From Isurus oxyrinchus (Eukaryota), in assembly GCA_026770705.1 (NCBI GenBank), contig JANJGN010000021.1, positions 98,518,001 to 98,582,000 of the forward strand: a stretch of DNA of 64,000 nt, given 5' to 3'. Both the position numbers and the translations under genes were made by a program. Positions 47,358-59,889 of this stretch are shown here, piece by piece. A model generated the notes under the pieces. That model saw only the letters and a program-made list of their open reading frames with translations, ran no database searches and was not told where the DNA came from. Every line of letters begins with the position of its first letter. Positions within the stretch are counted from its first letter, which is position 1.

Positions 47358-49521
47358 TCTTTAGCTCTTTGTTTTTATCTGTCTCTCTTCTCTATGGGGG
47401 AAAGAAGCATCTGTGCTTGCTTTATTTGTCTCTCTGGAGGATGGAAGCATCATGTCTGAAAAAGCATTGCCAAATTGTGGATAAATGAGTTTCCCCAGTG
47501 TTAGCAATCTTTTTTAACTTTATTCAGTCTCTCCCAAGACTTTTCCACCCCAGTGGAAATAATCCCTGATGTATTATTAATCAAGAAAAAAATCTGCTCC
47601 ATTGTCCATGGTTTTACTGTAGGTTAAGTGGAGATCTGTACAAACCACTGCTGAGACACCAGCTTGCAGTGATCTGATCAGTCAAAACTGAACATCTATT
47701 CAGCCAGAGGCAATAATTAACAAGCATGATGTGCCTTTGAGAAGGGGATAAGGACAAATCAGACTGCAGTGAAGAATGAGAATCAATGCTGAACATGGTA
47801 TAAAGAATAGCTGAAAGAATTGGGGCTTCTTTACTATTGAATCTCAGTAATTTACAAAGTTCTGTCAGGACACAAGGCAAGCGATGGTTACATTGGACAG
47901 TGAGGCAATAATAAAAGTGCACAGACTCAGGGGAGTCAGTGGAACAAGGAGGGGGAAGTTGGAGAGCTTATTATTATTGAAATCAGGCAACAATGAAAAA
48001 GGCCACTCAGCCCATTGTGTTCAGGGTGAGCTCTTTGAAAGAATTATGCAATCAGAAGTTTTCTTTTTCAAATATATATCCAATTTCTTTTGAAAGTTGG
48101 AATTGAATCTACTTCCATCACTCTTTCAGGCATCACATTCCAGATTCTAACACTTTGCTGTGTTAAAAACGTTCCTCATTTCTCCCTTGGTTCTTTTACT
48201 AATTATCTTAAATCTCTGCGCTCTGATAACTAACCCTTATTTACTCAATTAAATCCTCACATGATATTAAAGCAGCCCCCTTGATCGGCATCCCATCCAC
48301 TATCTTAAATATTCACTCTCACCACCACCAATGCAAAGTGGCAGCAGTGTGTACCATCTACAAGATGCACTTCAACAACTCACCAAGGTTCCTTCGATAG
48401 CACCTTCCAAACCTGCGACCTCTACCACTTTGAAGGACAAGGGCAGCAGATACATGGGAACACCACCACCAACAAGTTCTCCTCCAAGACACACGCCATC
48501 CTGACTTGGAATTATATTGCTGTTCTTTCACTGTCACTGGGTCAAAAGCCTGGAAAATCCTCCCTAACAGCACTGTGGGTGTACCTACACCACATGGACT
48601 GCAGCGGTTCAAGAAGGCAGCTCACCACCATCTTCCAGAGGGCAAATAGTGATGAGCAATAAATGCTGGCCTAGCCAGCGATGCCCACATCCCAGGAATG
48701 AATAAAACAAACACTTCTATTCAGTCTTCCCATAACCTTCACTGCTCTTATGATAACAATACTAACTTCTCTAGCCTCACCAAAGGTATGAAATGCTTTG
48801 CAAGGGGTGGATGTTGGATCAGAGATTATAAAAATACTGATAGGGGAATAGGATGGATTCTGGGCACCTGCACGTCAGGAAGGGAATATTGGCTTTGGAT
48901 GGGGTGCAGTGCATATTCACTATAATTTAAAGAGGATAGGTTTCATAAAATTACTTTGTATTCCCATGAGTTTAGAAGCTCGAAGGGACAATCTAACAGA
49001 AGAATAGATAACAGGTTTCGCTAGGTTAGATACAAAGAAACCTCAACAAGCGGCCAAAGTCTTAAAATTAGAGTTAGGACATTCACGAATGAAATCAGGA
49101 AGTGCTTTTTCACACACTCTTAAACCACTGCAGTCCACATGGCGTGGGTACACATGCACTGTTTATTTACTGCAGCAGTTTGATAACATTGAATGGTTTG
49201 CTAGGCCATTTCAGAGTCAGCCACATTGCTGTGGGTCTGCTGTCATGTGTAGGCCAGGCCAGGTAGGCAGATTTCCTCCCCTGAAGGTCATTAGTGAAAC
49301 CAATAGACTTTTGCACCAATTCAGTAGTTTCACGATCATTATTAATTGAGACTAGCGTTTTGTTCAGGTTTATTAATTAATTGAATTTAAATTCCCCCAA
49401 CTGCCATGGTAGGATTTGAACCCATGTCTCCAGGACATGAGTAAGGACACCTAGGTTACTAGTCCAATAACATTACCACAATGCTACCACCCAATTAAGT
49501 TAAGATAACAGAAGAAATATA

Positions 49522-51014
49522 GGGCAGAATTTTGAGGTCAGCGGGTGGGCACAGCCGGCAATCCCGGTGGGGAGGGGGGGTGGGGGGGGGGGGGGGGGTG
49601 GTGGCTGGGAAACAGGCTGCCGCCCGCGATTGGCCCCCAACCACAATTTCACGCTAGCGAATCAATTAAGGCCTGCCCAGCGTGAAACACGGCTCCTCAC
49701 TGGTCAGGAAGGGCCGAGCGGGGGCGGGGCCTGTCGACCGCCAGGTCCAATGGCGACCCGGCAGCCAGTTTAAAAACAGCCCAGGCAGCCCCAGCAATGA
49801 AGACATCTTTGGTGCTGTCTACAGGAAATGATGGCTTCCAGTGAGGCTGCAGACACCAGGCTGGGGGGAGGGGGCAGGTCAAATGGGCACTTGGTCCCCC
49901 GGTTTTCTGATGCGTGCCTCACGGTTCTCCTGGAGGAGGTGGCTGCCAGGAGGGGGCCATCGCACTTTACAAAAAAAGCTTGAGAGTAGGTGGCAGCGCT
50001 GGTCAGCAACCATGATGCTGTGCTGCACACTGGGGTCCAGTGCCGCAAGAGGTTTAATGACCTGTTGCGCTCAAGAAAGGCGAGTACTGTGTTGGTATGG
50101 ATCAGCGTTTTGAAGTGTTAAGGCCTGGCTGTTCTCCCCCGTGGAGCTCAGAGGTGTTAGAGTCTGCATGCCCACCATTAATGATGCCGGAGCTGGCCAA
50201 GGGGTGCTTGGACTGAGTGCCTTGCGGCTTGAGGGCCACGATTCGGATGTCCAGAGCGACCTCACATTGGTGCACAAGCTGCCTAAGAGGCAGAGCCTCC
50301 TTCGGCATTGCATCGCACCTGTAAACCCTGGCAGCAGGGTAGTGGCGTTTTCTGCAGCCCCTAACACCTTGGACTACATGTTGGCCCTGTACCCCTTGTG
50401 CCTGTGCCTCCCCTGGAAGCTGCATTGGAACAGCTGGCCTCCTCTCCCTTCTGTCCCTCTCTTCTTCCTCAGAGGAAGTGCCTCTAGTGGAGACCACAAT
50501 CCCCATTACCAGGGTTACAGAAGTTATCTGATACCTGGAAGGGTCCACCTGGTCTGAATCCTCCGGGGTCCGTGGAGACAACAAGGAGGCCTGAAATGAA
50601 GCCTGGAATGCTAAGAATGAAGACCCGAACAGAGATGAAGCTGCCAATAGGTCACCAGCAGCAAACTATCTACCAAGCTCCTCACTACTTGCACTGGCAA
50701 TGCTGCTGACCCTTTTTATCCTGCCCGTGGATGAGGTTTTGCAAATTGTCGGCTGGCTGACTGCCCATTTTTCCCGTGCAATGAGCGTGAAATCGCATGG
50801 GCAACATAAAATCGGCGCCAATTGCCTTTTTAATGGCCTTAGCTGGCCTCTTAATTAATGGCGGGTGCGGCTCCAGCTCCCACTCGTGCCCGCCAACTCG
50901 AGATATCGCGTGAGTGTGTGATGACATCGGGACGCTCGCATGACATCATCATGTGCTATTTTACATTCCAGCAGATCGGGCGTGCGCCCACCCACTCAGC
51001 GAAAAATTCTGCCC
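49522..51014. mobile_element. PIF/Harbinger-type non-autonomous DNA transposon
   Basis: TIRs GGGCAGAATTTT...AAAATTCTGCCC (imperfect to ~35 bp); 3-bp TSD ATA; Myb/SANT-like remnants PRFSDACLTVLLEEVAARR (~49898) and VQCRKRFNDLL (~50035) on plus; RKRHYPAARVYR transposase-like remnant on minus. Confidence 0.8.
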
Positions 51015-51289
51015 ATAGAAAATTTATGCTACAGGAGGAGCTGTGACTGCTTTTTCACCAATATAGTTCCTTTTTCAAAACCCCATTCTCTATCCTGTCT
51101 GAATACTCTGTAACCAGCAATGCAGTGCTGCCATTCTTGCCTTTAAGCTACATTTCAGTAATAGCTATGATATCATTCTTCCAAGCGTCTATCTGACCCT
51201 TGGTTAGCTTTATCAACTACACTCCTTGCATTGAACTACATACTACTAATCACTGAATACCTCTTGTTGTCTGCTTTCGGGCCTTTGTT

Positions 51290-51620
51290 TCCTCGGCCTC
51301 CCATACATGCTTACCAATTTCCTGCCCTCTATTTCCAGCTTTGCTTATCTCCCTGCTGAACCTATGCTCAGTCTTCCATCCCCCTGTCAAATCTGTTTTA
51401 AAGCCTCCCCAACTGCCCTAACAAATCTGCCGGCCAATATGTTGCTCCAGCCCTGTCAGGTTGCAACCCGTCTGGCTTGCACAGGTTCCAACTCACCCAG
51501 ATCTGGTTCCAATGCCCCAGAAATCTAAAGCCTTCACTCCTGCACCAGTTGTCCAGCCATACATTCATCTGCGTTATCCTCCCATTTCTATCTTCACTAT
51601 CACATGCCACCGGGAATACA
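51290..51620 (-). mobile_element. CR1 ORF1 (SGNH esterase-like) remnant
   Basis: RITQMNVWLDNWCRSEGFRFLGHW..KPDGLQP in ORF 51398-51709. Confidence 0.7.
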
Positions 51621-54019
51621 TAGATCAGCCATGATCTAATAAAATGGTGGAACAGGCATAAAGGGCCTATTCCTATGCCACAGTTTAGCACTTGTTGACC
51701 ACTTTCCAAAAGTATGATTTGGAGAAAAAAAATGTGTCTTAAGGACTGGTTTAAGAATAAAGTAAAGCCACATCAATTGCAAAAGAGGCTGTAGGTATTT
51801 GTGGAATAGGCATTGGAAACTCAGACATTAAATCTCTTCCCCATGATCATTCAGAACAAGAGAAGCATGATCTCAACTAGGGCTCCAGAGAAACATTCCC
51901 ACCATGACATTTTGGAATGTCCCTTCTTATTCAGCTTTACATGGAGCTTGTTTCAAAATGGGGAGGGAGATAGGCAAAAATAGCCTTGAATAGCAGGTTA
52001 AAACAAGAGACAGAAAATACTGAAAACACAAAAGGCCACACACACCAGTAGGGTGGCGAGAACAGAAATCTACCTTTCCACACATCCAAGAACAGTTCTG
52101 CTCTCTTCATTGATGCTGGCTGACTTGTTGTTCCAATTTTCAAACTAACCCCCAGGCTTAAGGACAAGTCAGGAACCAAGCCCAACTTCTTGATGGACAG
52201 GAGACAAGAGTACAAAGACCCACAGGTCAACAGGCAGTATTTTAAATAGAGAAAGCTAGAGGTGACACAAGGAAAAAGAAATTTGCACAGTGTGTTGCTG
52301 TGATCTGGAAAACGCTGCCTGAAAATGTGTTAGGAGCAGATTCAATCATAAATTTCAGAAGGAAATTGGATAAATACCTGAAGGGAAAAAAATACAGGAG
52401 TATAAGGGCAGAGCTGGGGAGGGGGACTAACTGGATCGCTCTTTCACAGACCGATCACAGACATGATGGGCCAAATGGCCACTTCCTGTACTGTGTCATT
52501 CTGTGAACTATGATGGCTCTTACTGAGATTCAGTAGGTTAGGAATTAAATTATTTGGTTTAACTCAAGCAGGGCAATAGGGCAGCATAGTGTGATTGTTA
52601 TTCTATATTAATATGTGAGCGCATTGTACTGATTGAAGTGAGCCCCTTTGGAACTACTGCTTTGTATGTTCACTTACTATAAATAATGCTGTTTAACGAG
52701 TTTCCCAAGTGTTTTTGTGCACTTCATTTGGAAAGACTGGAGAGGCATTTTGCAAAAGACTGGGATATCTGCTTCAGCTCACAAAGGGCTATTCGTGTTA
52801 CACATGCAGGCGACACTACTGTAGGATAGGGTATCAGGCAGTTAGGGCAATCGCTGAAACATAAGGCACTGATTCCTTACAGAAGTGATAACAACTGCTG
52901 TACTCAAGAGAATATCTAACAGCAGAATCAGATCATAGAATCATGGAACATTTATGACACAGGAGGCCATTCTACCTATCTTTTCTGTGCCTGTCAATGA
53001 AGAGTTACCCAGCCTAACCCCACCTTCCTGCCCTAGATCCGTAACCTGCAGGTCATTGCTCTTCAAATAGGCATCAAATGCTTTTTAAAAGTGATGAGAA
53101 TTTCTGCCTCTGCCGCCCTTTCAGGCAGTGTTCCAGGTCCCAACATCCTCCCGTTTCATCCAAAAAATGTTTCTTCACTCTAATCCTTCCTCTAATTATT
53201 TAAAATCTATGGCCCCTGGTTTTTGACTTTCCCTGTTTACTCAATCCAGGCCCCTCATAATCTTATACAACTCAATTAAATCACTCCTCAGCCTCAGGGT
53301 TTCAGATGATCCAGGTTGACCATTCATCAACACTGCAGTGCTTTTCAGTGTTACCACGGTGATCATTTGCCCCAGGGTATCCAAGCAGGCTCTGTCTATC
53401 AAAACCGAACAAAATTCTGTGGCTCACCCCACAGCAACAACCCCCTCAATCCCTCTGAATCGGGCCCAGGTTTAATTTATCACCAGCAAAGCTGAAAATA
53501 TCTTTCCACAGAAGAGTCAGATTGGATACAAAACCTTAACTCTGTTCCTCTTTCCAAGAATGCTGCCAGACCTGCTGAGCTTTACCAGTGCTTTTTGTTT
53601 TTATATTGAAAATATCTTTTGCCAGGTTCTCCTATATCAGGTGCAGGAAAAGTCATGGTGGTAAATTCAGGGGTGCCCACACGGTGTCAATGTCATTACC
53701 CATGCCAGCTCTTCTGTAACCTCTCAGAGCCAAGCTGCTGAGTTTAAAAAATCACTGCTCAATTAGCAACCACCGCAGAGCAGAGAAACCATCCATTCAT
53801 GACGGACCACAGCCTCATCACATCAGATATCCATCAATCAGCTTGGGCTTAATTCAATTCCAGAGGCGATTGTTTCCCAAGCTCTAAAGCAGGATTTTTA
53901 TTTCATTGGGCGGGCGCGGTGGACAGGCCTGGCAAGGGTCGCAAAGCCAACTGCGATTGGACCCTGAAATAGATTTCATGGTCGCTGGCCAATTAACAAC
54001 CAGCCAGCCAGGTACCAGA

Positions 54020-54428
54020 TTGGAACTCGATATCAGAGAGACAGTGGGACAATGGGATTAGTTTGGGATCGATACACAGCTACAGGGAGACAGTGGGGCA
54101 GTGGGGTTGGTTTGGGATTGATACAGATTTACAGTGTGGGGGAGTGGGATTACTTTGGGATTGATACAGGGCTATGGGGAGAAAGCGCAGCAATGGGATT
54201 AGTTTGGAATTGATACTGAGTTATGGAGTGTGTGGGGGAGTGGGGTTAGTTTGGGATTGATACCAAGTTATGGAAAGCCTGTGGGGGAGTGGGGTTAGTT
54301 TGGGATTGATACAGGGCTATGCAGGGGAAAGCGAGGCAGTGGGATTAGTTTGGAATTAATACTGAGTTATGGAGTGTGCGTGGGGGAGTGGGGTTAGTTT
54401 GGGATTGATACAGGGCTATGGGGAGAAA
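54020..54428 (+). repeat. G-rich ~48-bp tandem repeat, about 9 units, just upstream of the TRIM pseudogene
   Basis: GGGGAGTGGGGTTAGTTTGGGATTGATACAGGGCTATG repeated. Confidence 0.9.
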
Positions 54429-54554
54429 CCTCAGTGCCATTGTATTTTACATGAATTGGTACTCAGGGAAATAGAGATTTGCCAGACACTTTTGTCTGAT
54501 GACAATGTTCCTTTAAGAGGATGGATTTGGAAGTGAGTTTCACAATAAACTGGA

Positions 54555-54571
54555 GAAATGAAACTGAAACT
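54555..54571 (+). promoter_or_regulatory. ISRE of TRIM paralog 2
   Basis: GAAATGAAACTGAAACT (consensus GAAANNGAAACT), 34 nt before the ATG at 54606; GGAAGTGAGTTTCAC lies just upstream. Confidence 0.72.
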
Positions 54572-55253
54572 CAGGTGAGTGACAGAATAAGGAGCAGCAA
54601 CTGAGATGGCTGTCAGTAAATCAATTTTATCCCTGACTGAGGATTTAACCTGCTCCATCTGCCTGTCTCTGTTTGTGGAGCCTGTGCGGCTGGACTGTGA
54701 ACACAACTTCTGTAAATCCTGTATCCAGAAGTGTTGGGAAAACCAATGGTTTGCTGTGTCTTGCCCAGAAAGTCGAGTGGTTCTCCCCCGGGGATGTTTC
54801 ACCAGTAACAGGGTGTTGGCCAATCTCTGAGAAAGCTCGACAAATGGAACTGAATCTAAAGCTGGAGGATTGTCTGCCTCACTGTGAGGAACACGGGGAG
54901 AAGCTGGTGCTGTTCTGCGAAGAGGATGAGATTCTGATCTGTGCCGGTTGTGTAGGTTCTCCCCCACATTCAGCCCACAGGTTCCTCCCTCTACAAACAG
55001 CACTTCAAAAGTACAAGGTATGGGGACACAGGGAGTTACTCGTCTCCATTGCTCATTGTGTTATTAGGGCTGTTTCGAGTTAGTGGACAAAATTTCATCG
55101 CATGACCTTGTTTGTAAACATCCCACCAGCAGGCTACCCCCTTTGGTTGCCCAACCTGTCCATCCTCACGAGTACAGACTTCCCAACCAATTGGAAAATA
55201 AACACTCATTATCTGATTGGACGACTATTGCCTCTCAGTCAAACAGTATCCTT

Positions 55254-57582
55254 TGCTGTTGTTGTCTGGCGCACTGACCTCTACCTCGCAGAGGCTGAGC
55301 GCCAACTCGCAGACACTTCCTCCTACCTCTCCCTGGACCATGACCCCACCACTGAACATCAAGCCATTGTTTCCAGGACTGTCACTGACCTCATCTCCTC
55401 TGGGGATCTCCCTCCCACAGCTTCCAACCTGATAGTCGCCCAACCTCGGACGGCCCGCTTCTATCTCCTACCCAAAATCCACAAACAGAACTGCCCCGGT
55501 AGACCGATCGTCTCAGCTTGCTCCTGCCCCACAGAACTCATTTCTCGTTATCTTGACTCCCTTCTCTCTCCCCTTGTCCAGTCCCTTCCCACCTACATCC
55601 GTGATTCCTCTGACACCTTACGTCACATCAACAATTTCCAGTTCCCTGGCCCCAACCGCTTCCTCTTCACCATGGACGTCCAAGCCCTCTACACCTCCAT
55701 CTCCCACCAGGATGGTCTGAGGGCCCTTAGCTTCTTCCTCGAACAGAGGCCCGAACAATCCCCATCCACCACTACTCTCCTCCGTCTGGCTGAACTTGTT
55801 CTCACGTTGAACAATTTCTCCTTCAACTCCTCTCACTTCCTCCAAATAAAAGGTGTGGCTATGGGTACCCGCATGGGCTCCAGCTATGCCTGTCTCTTTA
55901 TGGGGTATGTGGAACATTCCTTGTTGCAGCCCTACTCCAGCCCCCTTCCACAACTTTTTCTCCGGTACATCGATGATTACTTCGGTGCCGCTTCATGCTC
56001 TCGTCGGGACTTGGAAAAATTTATTAATTTTGCTTCCAATCTCCACCCCTCCATCATTTTCACGTGGTCCATCTCTGACACTTCCCTTCCCTTCCTTGAC
56101 CTCTCTGTCTCAATCTCTGGTGATAGACTGTCCACCAATATCCATTACAAACCCACCGACTCCCACAGCTACCTCGACTACAGCTCCTCACACCCCGCTT
56201 CCTGTAAGGACTCCATCCCATTCTCCCAGTTCCTTCGCCTTCGTCGCATCTGTTCCGATGATGCTACCTTCAAAAACGGTTCCTCTGACATGACCTCCTT
56301 CTTCCTTAACCGAGGTTTTCCACCCACGGTCGTTGACAGGGCCCTCAACCGTGTCCAGCCCATCTCCCGCGCATCCGCCCTCACGCCTTCTCCTCCCTCC
56401 CAGAAACATGATAGGGTCCCCCTTGTCCTCACTTATCACCCCACCAGCCTCCACATTCAAAGGATCATCCTCCGCCATTTCCGCCAACTCCAGCATGATG
56501 CCACCACCAAACACATCTTCCCTTCACCCCCCTTATCGGCATTCCGTAGGGATCGTTCCCTCCGGGACACCCTGGTCCACTCCTCCATCACCCCCTACTC
56601 CTCAACCCCCTCCTATGGCACCACCCCATGCCCACACAAAAGATGTAACACCTGCCCCTTCACTTACTCTCTCCTCACCGTCCAAGGGCCCAAACACTCC
56701 TTTCAAGTGAAGCAGCATTTCGCTTGCATTTCCCCCAACTTAGTCTACTGCATTCGTTGCTCCCAATGTGGTCTCCTCTACATTGGAGAGACCAAACGTA
56801 AACTGGGCGACCGCTTTGCAGAACACCTGCGGTCTGTCCGCAAGAATGACCCAAACCTCCCTGTCGCTTGCCATTTTAACACTCCACCCTGCTCTCTTGC
56901 CCACATGTCTGTCCTTGGCTTGCTGCATTGTTCCAGTGAAGCCCAACGCAAACTGGAGGAACAACACCTCATCTTCCGACTAGGCACCTTACAGCCTTCT
57001 GTACTGAATATTGAATTCAACAACTTTAGATCGTGAGCTCCCTCCCCCATCCCCACCCCCTTTCTGTTTCCCCCTTTTTTTTTCTTCCCCAATAAATTAT
57101 AGAAATTTTTCTTTTCCCACCTATTTCCATTATTTTTAAATATTTTAAAATCTTTTATGCTCCCCCCACCCCCACTAGAGCTGTACCTTGAGTGCCCTAC
57201 CATCCATTCATAATTAGCACATTCGTTTAGATAATATCACCAACTTTAACTTTAACACCTATGTGTTCTATTGTACCATTGTCGCTGACATCTTTTGATG
57301 ATCTGCTTCTATCACTGCTTGTTTGTCCACACAACCACACACCCCGCCCCCCCCCCCCCACCTCTCTCTCTCTCTATTTCTCCGCCCCCCACACACACAC
57401 CTTAAACCAGCTTATATTTCAACTCTTTCTTGGACTCGAAATCAAGTTCTGTTGAAGGGTCATGAGGACTCGAAACGTCAACTCTTTTCTTCTCCGCCGA
57501 TGCTGCCAGACCTGCTGAGTTTTTCCAGGTAATTCTGTTTTTTTTTTGGATTTCCAGCATTCGCAGTTTTTTTTTGTTTTTA
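55254..57582 (+). mobile_element. Young Penelope-like element, 5'-truncated, uninterrupted ~590-codon RT + GIY-YIG ORF, in TRIM2 intron 1
   Basis: YLLPKIHK, GRPIVS, GVAMG, YIDD, LVYCIRC..YIGET..RFAEH; perfect 15-bp TSD TCAAACAGTATCCTT at 55239-55253 and 57583-57597; hammerhead-like motif at 57445-57483. Confidence 0.97.
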
Positions 57583-58388
57583 TCAAACAGTATCCTTCCC
57601 CATTGACAATATATTGATAACCAGAAAAACAAATATGTGTTCAAAGAAAATAAAAGAAAAACCCATTTTTTAAAATTATGTTTTCTCAGGTTGCTCTCAG
57701 CAGAGTCCTGCAGATTAATCTTCAATTCCTGGAGACTCCAGGACATAATGGGGGAGTTGGTAACTCTAGCTGTTGCATAATGTAGCTTGAAGAAATTTTC
57801 CTTCATCACACACTTTGGGCAGAATTTAATGCCTTCTCCTGGGGCAGGGGGTGGACAGGAGGGGACCCGGCCACCTTGCCCTGATTAAGCACGTTACGGG
57901 AAGGCCGCCTCGCCGCCAACTGAGGCTCTAAAGTGGGCAATTAATGCGGAGCACGACAAGCAAACTCGTGCGGGTTATCTGCAAGCTCCTGGGTGCCGGG
58001 AGAGCAGCCGGTCGGGGCCGGGAGAGCAGCGAGTGGGAGCTGGGGAGGGGAAATGCGATTGTATTTCCACAGACTTTAATGGAGGCAGTAATCGGGCCTC
58101 GGAGCACATTTCCGCCACCGAACCACAGCAGAAAAAAAAATAATCGTTCTCAGACCTGTTGTCTGGCCTCTGATCTGATCGCAAGGCTGTCCTGCCCGAC
58201 ACTCCCCTTTGCTGCCTCGGAGCTTGCGACGCGATCGGGCGACCCATGGTTTGGGAATCCCCGCTGCAGTGTCATGGAGCTTTTAATAAGTTTCTTTAAT
58301 TACACACCATGGTAATAATATTACTGTGGTGTAATGTAGCTGTCAATCAGTTTCTTCCATTACATATTGGTCCTACTATTACTGTGGT

Positions 58389-58950
58389 CTTCTTATCGTG
58401 TCCACGGACAGTCTAGAGTCGGCCCAGCCAGAACTGGACACATTTTTGCTCCTTGTTGAATTCGGCAAGATCTGCAACAGTGCAGAGTACCTCTAACGAT
58501 AGGCATTGCAGGAGATGTTGCATAGTCTGTGGCTCAGTTCCACATTCACAAGTTGTCGGGCTGGTTGTATATCCCCATTTGCTTAGTGACACCTTTGGAT
58601 GACCTACACCAGTCCTAAGACTGTTAAGGCACTTCCATGTTGCCCAGTTGCAATTAGCTCCTGGGGGAAGGCTTTCATCTGGTAAAATTTTCATCACTGG
58701 GGGTTGTTGGAGACTGGTGAGCCAGTCTTTCCACAAGGTGATGTGGGCTTCAGATGGGGTTGATTGTAATGGAACAACACTGTTCATGAAGCTCTTCCTT
58801 GACTTTAGACGGCTGGGTGTAGGTGTATGACCATGTAGAGGGTGTCTCTCATCTGATGTTTGACGGAGTCGCTCTTTCTTGCTGGCTACTGTTCTTCTTA
58901 TATCAGGGGGAGTGATACCTGCCAGGATATATAGGCTGTTGGTGTTTGTA
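58389..58950 (-). mobile_element. Vingi/Ingi-like LINE 3' fragment
   Basis: WKCLNSLRTGVG..KWGY..CECG..QTMQHLLQC zinc-knuckle C-terminus; 12-bp TSD TATTACTGTGGT at 58377-58388 and 58957-58968. Clade assignment is from motif recall. Confidence 0.7.
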
Positions 58951-59179
58951 TTACTGTATTACTGTGGTGCAATGTAGCTTTAATTCAGGCATCCATTTTC
59001 AGTGAGGTACAGGCTACAACTCCACAATAACAAGAAGCTAGGAGATGCTCAGTTCATTCGCCATATTGACAGATTCAGCAACACTGTGCATTTAATATTC
59101 TTATCCATATGTTCAAAGCCTTCATACACTCACCCCTCCCATATATCAGCCATTTTCCCTGGCCCCACAACAATCAAAA

Positions 59180-59760
59180 ACAACAGCAGCAATAACTTGT
59201 ATTTACAGAGCACTTTTATTGCCCTAAAATGTCCAAAGACATTTCACAGGGGCATTATAAAACAAAATGTGACACTGAGCCACATAAAGGAGTCTAGGGC
59301 AGATGACCAAAAGCTTCGCCAAAGAGAGAAGTTTTAAGGAGGGTCCGACTGGAGAATTTCAGAGTTTAGGGCTGAGGCAACTGAAATCATGGCTACAGTA
59401 TGAAAGCATAGAGCAGCTGAAATCAGGGATGCTCAAAAGACTACAATTAGAGGAGCGCAGATATCTCTTGAGGGTTGTAGAGCTGGTGGTGGAGGAGTTT
59501 AGAGATAGGCTGGGGCAAGGTCATGGAGGAATTTAAAAACAAGGATGAGAATTTTAAACAACAAGGAACCAATGTAGGACAGTGAGCACAGAGGTGACAG
59601 GTGAACAGGACTTTGTGAGAGTGAAAAAGGCAGCAGAGTTTTGGATGACCTCCAGTTTACAGGGGGTAGAATGTGAGAGACCAACCAGGAGCATGTCAGA
59701 ATAGGTGAGCGTAACGGTAACAAAAGGGATGAATGGGGGCTTCAGATGGGTTGAGTAGGA
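59180..59760 (-). mobile_element. L2-like LINE 3' fragment
   Basis: KLEVIQNSAA..SPVTSVLTVLHW and FKILILVFKFLHDLAPAYL. Confidence 0.75.
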
Positions 59761-59889
59761 AAAAAAAAAGTAAAACTTGGAAATAACTGGCCAAACTGGT
59801 CCTGTATAACTGACCATGGGACTTCAGTAGACTTACTGGTGCTAACACTATTGGTTTTTGACAATTTCAAACTGTTTTTTTCCTTCTGG

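Noticed and set aside
54572-54580. Perfect donor CAG|GTGAGT between the ISRE and the TRIM2 ATG as evidence of a 5' non-coding exon
   Set aside because: Not present in TRIM1 and too close to the ATG for an intron; probably chance, and untestable without RNA data.
55102-55253. N-terminal ~50 aa of the 644-aa ORF as a host-Penelope fusion gene
   Set aside because: It lies outside the TSD-defined element, starts at a non-ATG codon of the ORF track and is intronic sequence that happens to be open.
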